Assembly: GCA_902535505.1 (NCBI GenBank)
Contig: CACATS010000002.1
Location: 4,049 to 68,048, forward strand
From: an uncultured Pelagibacteraceae bacterium
GTDB taxonomy: Bacteria > Pseudomonadota > Alphaproteobacteria > Pelagibacterales > Pelagibacteraceae
DNA length: 64,000 bases
Direction of reading: 5' to 3'
Every line of letters begins with the position of its first letter. Position 1 is the stretch's first letter. Of this stretch, positions 1 through 9,004 are shown piece by piece. The notes under the pieces are model-generated. The model had not been told where the DNA came from, ran no database searches, and was given only the letters and a program-made list of their open reading frames with translations. Position numbers and translations under genes: made by a program.

Positions 1-464
1 TTATAACCACCACCTTTTTTAACGGCATATTTTTCCAGTGTTCTCAAATTAGGTGTAGTTTTTCTTGTACAACAGATCTTAGTTTTTTTACTAGTTTTTT
101 TTACAAATTGATTAGTGATTGTTGCGATACCTGAGGCATGATTTAGAAAGTTTAAAGCAGTTCTCTCTGCGGTTAAGATCGTTTTCGTTTTAGCTTTAAT
201 ATAAGCAATTACTTTATTTTTTTTTATTTTTTTTCCATCAGAGACCTTCTTTGTAAAAATAGTTTCTCTCCCAATTAATTTAAACGCTGTTTTACAAAAC
301 TCTAAACCAGCTATTACACCATCTTGTTTAGCTATTATTCTAGCTTTAATAATTTTATTTTTTGCACTTACGATGTTTGTAGTGATATCACCTTTAGGCT
401 TAAGGTCTTCCTCTAGAGCCTTTCTTACAACTGATTTTATATAAAATTGATTTAATATTTGCAC
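1..464 (-). CDS. nadC: quinolinate phosphoribosyltransferase (partial, runs off the window start)
   Basis: Not in the ORF track. Manual translation from GTG at 464 gives MQILNQFYIKSVVRKALEEDLKPKGDITT...ERTALNFLNHASGIAT...CTRKTTPNLRTLEKYAVKKGGG, carrying the QPRTase GDxT and TRKT motifs. Lies 4 bp after nadA. Confidence 0.93.
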   Translation of the reverse strand, partial: MQILNQFYIKSVVRKALEEDLKPKGDITTNIVSAKNKIIKARIIAKQDGVIAGLEFCKTAFKLIGRETIFTKKVSDGKKIKKNKVIAYIKAKTKTILTAERTALNFLNHASGIATITNQFVKKTSKKTKICCTRKTTPNLRTLEKYAVKKGGGY

Positions 465-468
465 TGAT

Positions 469-1458
469 CTAACGACCGATCTCGGTCATTCTGATTACAG
501 ATTTTCTCGCGGCCTCTATAGTTTTGCTATCTAAAATAATCTCATTAGTTTCATTTTCTAAACAATCTAATATTTTTTTTAAATTAATTTTTTTCATATA
601 CGGACATAAATTGCATGGCTTGATAAAAGATACGTTTGGATTATCAGCTTCTACGTTGTCACTCATTGAACATTCTGTAACTAACATAACTTTTTTTGGT
701 TGTTTATTTTTTACATAATCAATCATTCCAGATGTTGATCCTGCAAAATCAGAGGCAGCAATTACATCTGGCGGACATTCAGGATGAGCAATAATTTTAA
801 TTCCAGGATTTCCTGCTTTAATTTCTTCTATTTCTTTTCCTGTAAACTGTTCATGCACTATACAAGTTCCTTTCCAAGAAATTATTTTGACCTTAGTATT
901 TTTTGCTACATAGTCTGCTAAATATTGGTCGGGAAGAAAAATTACTTTATCTACATTTAAAGACTCAACTACTTTTACTGCGTTAGCTGAAGTACAACAA
1001 ACATCAGTTTCTGCTTTAACGTCTGCAGAAGTATTTACATAAGAGACAACAGGAACGCCTGGAAACTTTTGTTTTAGTAATTTTACATCTTCACCTGTAA
1101 TAGAATTAGATAAAGAACAGCCCGCTTGCATGTCAGGAAGGAACACTTTTTTTTCTGGACACATTAATTTTGCTGTTTCTGCCATAAAGTGCACCCCACA
1201 CATAATAATTTTATCAGCTTTTGTTTTAGACGCCTCTACTGCTAAAGCTAATGAGTCGGCAGATATATCTGCTACACCGTGGTAAATTTCCGGAGTTTGG
1301 TAGTTATGAGCAAGTATAATTGCATTTTTCTCTTTTTTAATCTTATTAATTTTCTCTATCAATGGAGCATGAATTTTCCATTCAGCTTCAGGAACGAATT
1401 TTGAGATTTTCTTATAAATCTCTTGAGTAGGGCTCAAATTTTGTTGTTGTACAGACAT
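469..1458 (-). CDS. nadA: quinolinate synthase
   Basis: LAHNYQ, YVNTSA, CCTSANA, CIVHE, AHPEC and CPYMK motifs. Confidence 0.96.
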   Translation of the reverse strand: MSVQQQNLSPTQEIYKKISKFVPEAEWKIHAPLIEKINKIKKEKNAIILAHNYQTPEIYHGVADISADSLALAVEASKTKADKIIMCGVHFMAETAKLMCPEKKVFLPDMQAGCSLSNSITGEDVKLLKQKFPGVPVVSYVNTSADVKAETDVCCTSANAVKVVESLNVDKVIFLPDQYLADYVAKNTKVKIISWKGTCIVHEQFTGKEIEEIKAGNPGIKIIAHPECPPDVIAASDFAGSTSGMIDYVKNKQPKKVMLVTECSMSDNVEADNPNVSFIKPCNLCPYMKKINLKKILDCLENETNEIILDSKTIEAARKSVIRMTEIGR

Positions 1459-1519
1459 ACTAATTCCAATTTACCAACTTGAGATTAAATTGTCATTCAT
1501 TTATTGTCGCATTATTATT

Positions 1520-1603
1520 GCGGTCGTGCTGAAATTGGTAGACAGGCACGCTTGAGGGGCGTGTGGGTTTCCCGTGAGAGTTCGAGTCTCTCCGACCGCA
1601 CCA
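1520..1603 (+). tRNA. tRNA-Leu(GAG)
   Basis: Acceptor stem GCGGTCG/CGACCGC+ACCA; D-loop TTGGTAGA; anticodon arm CACGC-TTGAGGG-GCGTG; variable arm GGG-TTT-CCC; T-arm GAGAG-TTCGAGT-CTCTC. Confidence 0.97.
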
Positions 1604-1616
1604 AAAAAAAGGGTTT

Positions 1617-1736
1617 ATGATAGATTATTTTAGAAAGCATAAAAGAATTATATTAATAATTTTAGTTATAGCTTTTATTGAATTAAGCGGATATGGGATT
1701 TTAGCCTCGTTATCTAGATTACTTAACGTACTCTAA
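1617..1736 (+). CDS. putative 39-aa small membrane protein
   Basis: Manual translation MIDYFRKHKRIILIILVIAFIELSGYGILASLSRLLNVL*. AAAGGG precedes the ATG. It fills the tRNA-ygfZ gap and overlaps the ygfZ 3' end convergently. Confidence 0.55.
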   Translation: MIDYFRKHKRIILIILVIAFIELSGYGILASLSRLLNVL

Positions 1737-2603
1737 AATTTTACACTCTTTATTATTTGCTAATAATTTTTTACCTTTAAAATCTTCAAGATTAGGCTCG
1801 AAAACTTTAATTAATCCGAATGGGTAAGGCTGATCAATAAGTATTTTTCCTATTTTGATATTGTTAAAAATAATTTCATCGCCAATATTTAATTTTTCAG
1901 ATGAAGATATGGGTAACAATCTTCTTCTAAGTTTATTTTTTAATTTCATTCTCGCAGTATTTTCTTGACCTACAAAACAACCTTTTTTAAAATCTATAGC
2001 TTTAAATAACTCAAAGTTTGCTTCTAAGCCAAATAATTGATCTTTCAAATTTAATAATCCTTTTTCAGGTACTCCTAATTGATGAGCAAGAGAGTAATAT
2101 ACTTCACTATTTGTAATAGTGAGATTTAATTTTTTAATAGTTAAATAAAGTTTTTCTAGATTTGAAATTATTCTCGCTCCTAATTGTTTATTTCTTGGAT
2201 CTAAAAAAATAGGAGTATCTCTGTAAGTAATAGTATTTTCATTTGATTTTAAATCTCCTTGTAATTCTTTGAATTTTGAGTCGTTTATAACTCCAATAAC
2301 AAATTCAGTAGAAAAGTCTTCAATTTCAACTTTTGATCTTAATTTGTATTTTGATAAATTTTTAATTAGCTCCCCAGTGAAGTTTTCGCTACAGTCTAAT
2401 AAATATCCTTTAATATTTTGAATTATAAAAAATTCATTCAAATATTTGCCTTGAGGAGTTAACAGGGCTGAAAAAATAGAGTTTTTATTAGAAACTTTAT
2501 TTATGTCGTTTGTAATTATATTTTGTAGAAAATCTTTAGAGTCTTCTCCACTTACTAAGATTACACCTCTTTTTTCTAAAATTACAACTTGATCTTTTTT
2601 CAT
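1719..2603 (-). CDS. ygfZ: folate-binding Fe-S cluster repair/tRNA-modifying protein YgfZ
   Basis: KGCFVGQE signature; LTPQGK N-terminal motif. Confidence 0.92.
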   Translation of the reverse strand: MKKDQVVILEKRGVILVSGEDSKDFLQNIITNDINKVSNKNSIFSALLTPQGKYLNEFFIIQNIKGYLLDCSENFTGELIKNLSKYKLRSKVEIEDFSTEFVIGVINDSKFKELQGDLKSNENTITYRDTPIFLDPRNKQLGARIISNLEKLYLTIKKLNLTITNSEVYYSLAHQLGVPEKGLLNLKDQLFGLEANFELFKAIDFKKGCFVGQENTARMKLKNKLRRRLLPISSSEKLNIGDEIIFNNIKIGKILIDQPYPFGLIKVFEPNLEDFKGKKLLANNKECKILEYVK

Positions 2604-2640
2604 AATTGTTTCTTATACAATATATTATATATAAAAAAAC

Positions 2641-3954
2641 ATGTCTGATAATTATAGTCTAATTATTAAAAATGGTTCCTGTTATATCGATGGAAAATTG
2701 ATTAAATCTGATATTGGGTTATATGAAAATCAAATTAAAAAAATAGGTAATATAGAGGAAAATAATTCTAAAGTTTACGACGCATCTGGGAAAGTAGTTT
2801 TGCCAGGGATCATAGACACCCAAGTGCATTTTAGAGAACCTGGTTCTACTGATGCGGAAGATTTAGAAAGCGGAAGTCGAGCTGCAGTTCTTGGAGGTGT
2901 AACCTCTTTGTTTGAGATGCCTAATACTAACCCTCCAACAGCAAATTTGGTAGAGTTTGAAAAAAAATTAAAAGCTGCAAAAAATAGAATGCATAGTAAT
3001 TATGCATTTTATTTTGGTGCAACTCCGCAAAATACTGAGCAACTTGCACAACTTAAAAATGTTGAAGGTTGTTGTGGAGTAAAACTTTTTGCAGGTTCAT
3101 CGACTGGAAACTTATTAGTAGATAAAGAGGCTGATATTGAAAAAGTGATTTTAAGTAGTGACAGAATAGTTTCGATTCACTCCGAGGATGAAGATATTAT
3201 AAAATTAAGGAAAAAATTTATTAGACAGGGAAATGTGCACTCTCATCCTGATTGGAGAAATGTCGAGTGTGCAATATCTTCAACTCGAAGGGTAGTAAAA
3301 ATTGCTGAAAGATATGACAAAAGAATTCATGTACTTCACGTGACCACAAAAGAAGAAGTAGATTTTTTAGCCATGCATAAAAAAAATGTAACTTTCGAAA
3401 CTACACCTCAACATTTGACATTATATGCTCCAGATTGTTACGATAAATTAGGCACTTATGCTCAAATGAATCCACCACTAAGATCTAAAGATCATTATGA
3501 TCGTCTATGGGTTGCTATAAAAAATAATATTGTAGATGTTCTTGGGTCTGATCATGCACCGCATCTAAAAATAAATAAAGATAAAGAGTACCCTAATACT
3601 CCTTCAGGAATGCCAGGAGTTCAAACTATCTTTCCAGTCATGATTGACCATGTAAACAATGGAAAACTCTCATTAAATCAGCTTATAAATTTGATGTGTG
3701 AAAACCCATGTAAAATTTTTGGAATTAAGAATAAAGGTTTTATAAAAGAGGGTTTTGATGCAGATTTAACAATTGTTGATATGAATAAAGAGGTAACTAT
3801 AAAGAATGAGATGATCGCTAGTAAATGTGGATGGACTCCTTTTCATAATTATAAAGTAAAAGGTTTCCCTGTAGGCACAATTGTAAATGGTATTTTAGTA
3901 ATGTCCGAGGGAAAAATATTAGCTGAGTCTAAAGGACAACCTTTAAAGTTTTAG
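2641..3954 (+). CDS. pyrC: dihydroorotase
   Basis: PGIIDTQVHFREPG, EMPNT, MNPPLR and SDHAPH amidohydrolase motifs. Confidence 0.9.
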   Translation: MSDNYSLIIKNGSCYIDGKLIKSDIGLYENQIKKIGNIEENNSKVYDASGKVVLPGIIDTQVHFREPGSTDAEDLESGSRAAVLGGVTSLFEMPNTNPPTANLVEFEKKLKAAKNRMHSNYAFYFGATPQNTEQLAQLKNVEGCCGVKLFAGSSTGNLLVDKEADIEKVILSSDRIVSIHSEDEDIIKLRKKFIRQGNVHSHPDWRNVECAISSTRRVVKIAERYDKRIHVLHVTTKEEVDFLAMHKKNVTFETTPQHLTLYAPDCYDKLGTYAQMNPPLRSKDHYDRLWVAIKNNIVDVLGSDHAPHLKINKDKEYPNTPSGMPGVQTIFPVMIDHVNNGKLSLNQLINLMCENPCKIFGIKNKGFIKEGFDADLTIVDMNKEVTIKNEMIASKCGWTPFHNYKVKGFPVGTIVNGILVMSEGKILAESKGQPLKF

Positions 3955-5841
3955 AATATTGTTATCTTTTAAGTCTTGTTTTATTTCATCTAAAATTGCA
4001 GGATCATCTATAGTTGCTGGCATTTTATAAGGTTCATTATCTGCAATTTTTCTTACAGTTCCTCTAAGCACTTTTCCTGATCTAGTTTTAGGTAATCTCT
4101 TTACCACTATTGCTATTTTGAATGCCGCAACAGGACCAACTTTTTCTCTAACCATTTTTATACATTCACTAATTATTTCTTTTTTATCTTTAGTTACCCC
4201 TGCTTTAAGTGCAAGCAAACCGATAGGTATTTGACCTTTAAGTTTATCGGCAATTCCTATTACTGCGCACTCCGCAACATTTGTATGTTCTGCCAAAACC
4301 TCTTCAATAGCCCCAGTAGACAATCTATGACCTGCAACATTAATAATATCATCTGTTCTTGACATGATCCAAACATAGCCATCTTCATCTATGTGTCCCG
4401 CATCATAAGTTTGATAATATCCAGGGTAAGTAGTCATGTAATTTTCCTTATATCTTTTATCCGCTCCCCAAAGAGTTGGAAAAGTTCCTGGCGGAAGAGG
4501 TAGCTTTACAACAATATCTCCCATTTTACCCGGTCCTACTTCTTTACCTTCAGAATTTAAAACTTTAAGATCATAACCTGGCACTGGTTTAAATGCAGAT
4601 CCATATTTAACTGGGAAATTTTCAATTCCTGTACAACTTGATGTAATTGCCCAACTTGTCTCAGTTTGCCACCAATGATCTATAACAGGTGAGTTGGAAA
4701 GTTTCTCAAACCATTTTATTGTATCAGGGTCGGCTCTCTCTCCAGCAAGAAACAGTTTATCAAATTTGCTTAAATCATACTTTTTAAAAAATTCTCCGTT
4801 AGGATCCTCTTTTTTAATTGCTCTTATTGCTGTTGGTGCAGTAAAAAGAGATTTTACTTTATGTTCTGAAATTACTTTCCAAAAAACTCCTGCATCAGGT
4901 GTTCCCACTGGTTTTCCTTCAAACAGAACGGTAGTACAACCATAAAATAATGGGCCATAAACTATGTAAGAGTGTCCAACAATCCAACCAATATCACTTG
5001 CAGACCACCACACGTCCTCTGGTTTTATATTGTAAATATTTTTCATAGTCCATTTTAATGCCACAATATGTCCGCCAATATCACGAACTATTCCTTTAGG
5101 AAGACCTGTAGTCCCCGATGTATACAGAATATAAGCGTAATCATTTGCATTCATTTTTTCACACTCTGCAGGTTTTACATCTTTATGAGCATCATCCCAT
5201 GTAATATCAACTGTGGAATTTAACTCTGCTTTATCTTTTTCCCTTTGAAAAATGATACATTTTTTTATTTTATGATTTGCTAATTCTAATGCTTTATTTA
5301 CTAAGGGTTTGTAGTGAACAGTTCGTCCAGGTTCATAGCCACATGAGGCAGTTACAAGTATTTTAGCTTTTGAGTCATCAATTCTACTTGCTAACTCATT
5401 GGCAGCAAACCCTCCAAATACAACTGAGTGAACTGCACCAATTCTACCACAGGCAAGCATAGCCACTACAGCCTCAGGAATCATCGGCATATAGATTATA
5501 ACCCTGTCCCCTTTGCTTACGCCTTGTTTTTTTAAAGCTCCAGCAAATAAAGCAACTTTTTCTTTAAGTTTACTATAAGTTATTTTTTCTTTTGAATCAG
5601 TGATTGGGCTATCATAAATAATAGCGAGCTTTTCACCTTTACCCTGATCTACATGAAGATCCAATGCGTTATAACATGTATTCGTTATCCCGTCTTCAAA
5701 CCATTTATAAAACGGAGGGTTATCAGAATTTAAAATTTTTGTTGGTTTTTTGTACCAAAATATATCATTAGAAATTTCCTTCCAAAAATCTTCTCTATTT
5801 TCTATAGATTTTTGATAAATCTCTTTATATTTTTGAGTCAA
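3943..5841 (-). CDS. prpE: propionyl-CoA synthetase (acyl-CoA ligase)
   Basis: YTSGTTGLPKG, DHWWQTET and PKTRSGK motifs. Start moved to TTG at 5841 because GGAGG lies just upstream. Confidence 0.85.
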   Translation of the reverse strand: MTQKYKEIYQKSIENREDFWKEISNDIFWYKKPTKILNSDNPPFYKWFEDGITNTCYNALDLHVDQGKGEKLAIIYDSPITDSKEKITYSKLKEKVALFAGALKKQGVSKGDRVIIYMPMIPEAVVAMLACGRIGAVHSVVFGGFAANELASRIDDSKAKILVTASCGYEPGRTVHYKPLVNKALELANHKIKKCIIFQREKDKAELNSTVDITWDDAHKDVKPAECEKMNANDYAYILYTSGTTGLPKGIVRDIGGHIVALKWTMKNIYNIKPEDVWWSASDIGWIVGHSYIVYGPLFYGCTTVLFEGKPVGTPDAGVFWKVISEHKVKSLFTAPTAIRAIKKEDPNGEFFKKYDLSKFDKLFLAGERADPDTIKWFEKLSNSPVIDHWWQTETSWAITSSCTGIENFPVKYGSAFKPVPGYDLKVLNSEGKEVGPGKMGDIVVKLPLPPGTFPTLWGADKRYKENYMTTYPGYYQTYDAGHIDEDGYVWIMSRTDDIINVAGHRLSTGAIEEVLAEHTNVAECAVIGIADKLKGQIPIGLLALKAGVTKDKKEIISECIKMVREKVGPVAAFKIAIVVKRLPKTRSGKVLRGTVRKIADNEPYKMPATIDDPAILDEIKQDLKDNNILKL

Positions 5842-6068
5842 TTTAAACCTCCAGAATTCTTTAATTTTAAGGATTATTCCATAAATATCCCCAAAAAAAA
5901 ATAAAAAAACCAATAAATATGCGGTTTTTTAATGAAAAAAACACTTCACTGTAACTTTTTTTTTTACTATGGTTCCGAGCATATTATTCGGTGGTGAGCT
6001 TATTAATCACTCGTCCGAGTAGTTTATATATAAACTAAACGAAAACTAAACAAACGAGGGAGGTTTTC

Positions 6069-6839
6069 ATGAGAAAATTAGGTCTTTTTGCTTTAGCAGC
6101 TGTTACCTTTTTAGGTATTACTAGCTCTGCTAACGCAGCGACTGCCCTTTTACAAACAAATGATTTCGTTGGAATTTCATTTTGGCTTGTATCAATGGGA
6201 ATGATCGCAACAACTGTATTTTTCTTTTTAGAAAGAGGGACTGTTGCTGCATCATGGAGAACATCTTTAACAGTAGCTGGACTTGTAACTGGTGTTGCAT
6301 TTGTTCACTACATGTACATGAGAGAAGTTTGGGTGTCGACTGGTGACTCACCAACGGTATACAGATATATCGATTGGTTAATAACAGTGCCACTTCAAAT
6401 GATCGAATTCTATCTAATCTTGGCAGCTGTTAGAAAGGTGCCAACTTCTATATTCTGGAAGCTATTAATTGGTTCATTAGTAATGTTAATCGGTGGATAC
6501 TTAGGTGAAGCTGGTTATATACAACCATTTGTAGGTTTCGTAATTGGAATGGCTGGATGGATTTACATCTTGTTTGAAATATTCTCAGGTGAAGCTGGAA
6601 CAATGGCAGCTAAAGCTGGTAACAAAGCTATGGCTACTGCTTTCAGTGCTATGAGAATAATCGTAACTATCGGTTGGGCGATTTATCCTTTAGGATATAT
6701 TTTCGGTTACCTAACTGGTGGTGTTGATGCAAATGCTCTAAACGTTATTTATAACTTAGCTGACTTTATTAACAAGATCGCTTTTGGTCTAGTTATCTGG
6801 GCAGCAGCAATGCAAAACACAAGATTATCATCTAGATAA
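6069..6839 (+). CDS. proteorhodopsin, proton-pumping (DTE), predicted blue-absorbing (Gln at the tuning site)
   Basis: Signal peptide; RYIDWLITVPLQMIEF (D97/T101/Q105/E108 equivalents); His in FVHYMYMR; retinal Lys in ADFINKIAFG; SD GAGGGAGG. Confidence 0.97.
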   Translation: MRKLGLFALAAVTFLGITSSANAATALLQTNDFVGISFWLVSMGMIATTVFFFLERGTVAASWRTSLTVAGLVTGVAFVHYMYMREVWVSTGDSPTVYRYIDWLITVPLQMIEFYLILAAVRKVPTSIFWKLLIGSLVMLIGGYLGEAGYIQPFVGFVIGMAGWIYILFEIFSGEAGTMAAKAGNKAMATAFSAMRIIVTIGWAIYPLGYIFGYLTGGVDANALNVIYNLADFINKIAFGLVIWAAAMQNTRLSSR

Positions 6840-6853
6840 TAGATAATAAATTG

Positions 6854-6894
6854 AAAAAGGGCGGGTATGTCTCACATACTTGCCCTTTTTTTTT
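6854..6894 (+). terminator. Rho-independent terminator of proteorhodopsin
   Basis: AAAAAGGGCGGGTATGT-CTC-ACATACTTGCCC followed by T9. Confidence 0.9.
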
Positions 6895-6909
6895 GATAAA
6901 AAACTTACT

Positions 6910-7044
6910 ATGGAAATTTCAAAACCTTATAAAGGAAAAGGAAAAAGAAAACTAAGGAAAATGCCTTTTACTGTGAAGGGTTATATTCTTTATTATGCTT
7001 TTTTTTGGGTAGTTATTATCTCAATTTATTTAGCGTATTATTAA
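6910..7044 (+). CDS. putative 44-aa single-pass membrane protein
   Basis: Manual translation MEISKPYKGKGKRKLRKMPFTVKGYILYYAFFWVVIISIYLAYY*. The stop lies 3 nt before the fdx ATG. Confidence 0.65.
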   Translation: MEISKPYKGKGKRKLRKMPFTVKGYILYYAFFWVVIISIYLAYY

Positions 7045-7047
7045 ACG

Positions 7048-7368
7048 ATGCCTAAAATAACTTATAAAGATTATCAAGGAACTTCAAAAACTATTGAAGT
7101 TGAAAGCGGCTTGTCAGTAATGGAAGGCGCAATACAAAAAGAGATACCTGGTATTGATGCTGATTGCGGAGGATCTATGGCATGTGCTACATGTCATGTT
7201 TATGTTAACGACAAATGGATTGACAAGATCCCAAAAGCAGAAGAGGCAGAAATTGATATGATCGACATGGCATTTGAACCAAAAAAAAATAGTAGACTTA
7301 GTTGTCAAATAATAGTTAATGAAGAATTAGATGGTTTAGAGGTAATGACACCAGCGAAACAAACTTAA
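7048..7368 (+). CDS. fdx: 2Fe-2S ferredoxin (adrenodoxin/Fdx type)
   Basis: CGGSMACATCH...RLSCQ. Confidence 0.93.
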   Translation: MPKITYKDYQGTSKTIEVESGLSVMEGAIQKEIPGIDADCGGSMACATCHVYVNDKWIDKIPKAEEAEIDMIDMAFEPKKNSRLSCQIIVNEELDGLEVMTPAKQT

Positions 7369-8381
7369 TGAAAAAAACAGATGTTATAATTATCGGTGCA
7401 GGTCCTGTAGGCCTATTCGCAGTTCACCAGTTAGGAATCAAAGGTCTTAAAGCAGTAGTAATTGATAATTTGAACAAAGCTGGTGGACAATGCATCGAAC
7501 TTTACCCTGATAAACCTATTTATGATATTCCAGCTGTACCAGAATGCACGGGTGAACAATTGACATCAAGGCTTCTTGAACAAATTAAACCATTTAAAAC
7601 TGAAATTTTTTTAAACGAGAGAGTGGATGAAGTCTATCAAGAAAAAGAAAACTGGGTTGTAAAAACAAATAACAAAAAAGAATTTATTGCACCTAATATT
7701 ATGATAGCAGGCGGCGTGGGGTCGTTTGAACCTAGAAAAATTTCTTTAAAAGAGGCAGAGAAACTTGAAGGAAAATCAGTATTTTATTCTGTTAAAAATA
7801 AAGAAAATTTTAAAAATAAAAAAATTGCAATATTTGGCGGAGGAGATTCAGCTCTAGATTGGGCTTTAGAGCTTTCAAAATTTTCTAAAATAACGCTAAT
7901 ACATAGGCGAAATGAGTTTAGAGGAGCACAACACACTCTATCAGAATTAAAAAAATTGAAAAAAGAGGGAAAAGTTTTAATTAAAACTCCCTGTCAGATT
8001 GAGTCTTTAGACAATACAAAAGAGTTAAAGTCTATCACTATTAAGTTTGATGATGGAAAAATAGAAAAAATTCAAACTGATGTAATACTGGGATTTTTTG
8101 GCTTAATTATGAAATTAGGTCCGATCGCTAAATGGGGACTAAATATGTATAAAAAAACTATTGAGGTAAACCCAGAGAATTTCGAAACAAATAAAAAAGG
8201 TATATTTGCTGCTGGAGACATCTGCTCATATCCCGGTAAACTTAGATTAATACTATCAGGATTTCACGAAGTGGCTTTAGCCTCAGTAGAATGTTTTAAG
8301 AGAGCGAGACCTAATGAAAAATATAGATTTGAGTTCACGACATCTTCTAAAACTATTAAAGATAGGCTTGGAAAAAAATGA
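7368..8381 (+). CDS. thioredoxin-reductase-type ferredoxin-NADP+ reductase
   Basis: GAGPVG, GGQC..LYPDKPIYD, GGGDSA and HRR motifs; no TrxR CxxC; coupled to fdx. Confidence 0.85.
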   Translation: MKKTDVIIIGAGPVGLFAVHQLGIKGLKAVVIDNLNKAGGQCIELYPDKPIYDIPAVPECTGEQLTSRLLEQIKPFKTEIFLNERVDEVYQEKENWVVKTNNKKEFIAPNIMIAGGVGSFEPRKISLKEAEKLEGKSVFYSVKNKENFKNKKIAIFGGGDSALDWALELSKFSKITLIHRRNEFRGAQHTLSELKKLKKEGKVLIKTPCQIESLDNTKELKSITIKFDDGKIEKIQTDVILGFFGLIMKLGPIAKWGLNMYKKTIEVNPENFETNKKGIFAAGDICSYPGKLRLILSGFHEVALASVECFKRARPNEKYRFEFTTSSKTIKDRLGKK

Positions 8382-9004
8382 TAGAACTTCTTACCGCTAA
8401 TACCCCAAACGGTAAGAAAATTTCTATAATGCTCGAGGAGATAAACTTTGAGTATAAGGTAACAAAAGTTGATATAAGTAAAGACGAACAATTCAAACCT
8501 GAATTTATTAAACTCAGTCCTTTCAGAAAAATTCCTGTCATAATTGACCATGAAAACAATCAAAGTCTTTTTGAGTCTGGTGCTATTTTAATTTATCTAG
8601 GTGAAAAAAGCGGTAAGCTTTATGATAAAAATTATAGAACACTTATAAATCAGTGGTTAATGGGTCAAATGGCCTACGTAGGCCCAATGCTTGGTCAACA
8701 CCACCAATTTCATCACTATAATCCAGGAAAAAGTACATTTGGAGAGGATAGATATTTTAAAATATCAGAGAGAATTTATAGAGAGTTAAACGAAAGATTA
8801 GGTTCTTCAGAGTATTTAGCATGTGATTTTTATACAATTGCTGATATTGCCACTTTCCCTTGGATTGCTAGACACGAATGGCATGATATTGGTCTAAAAA
8901 AATTTAAACATTTAACAAGATGGTACAAAAAAATCTCATCAAGAGATGCTGTTAAAAAAGGTTTTGATTTACTTAAAAAAAATGAGAAAATTCCAGATGT
9001 CTAA
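8378..9004 (+). CDS. glutathione S-transferase (YfcG/Nu-class-like)
   Basis: TPNG, KIPVI, FESGAIL and YTIADIA motifs. Confidence 0.9.
   Translation: MIELLTANTPNGKKISIMLEEINFEYKVTKVDISKDEQFKPEFIKLSPFRKIPVIIDHENNQSLFESGAILIYLGEKSGKLYDKNYRTLINQWLMGQMAYVGPMLGQHHQFHHYNPGKSTFGEDRYFKISERIYRELNERLGSSEYLACDFYTIADIATFPWIARHEWHDIGLKKFKHLTRWYKKISSRDAVKKGFDLLKKNEKIPDV

Noticed and set aside
1520-1720. tRNA-Leu as an integration site for an island or prophage
   Set aside because: No integrase nearby, no duplicated tRNA 3' end noticed, and core genes on both sides
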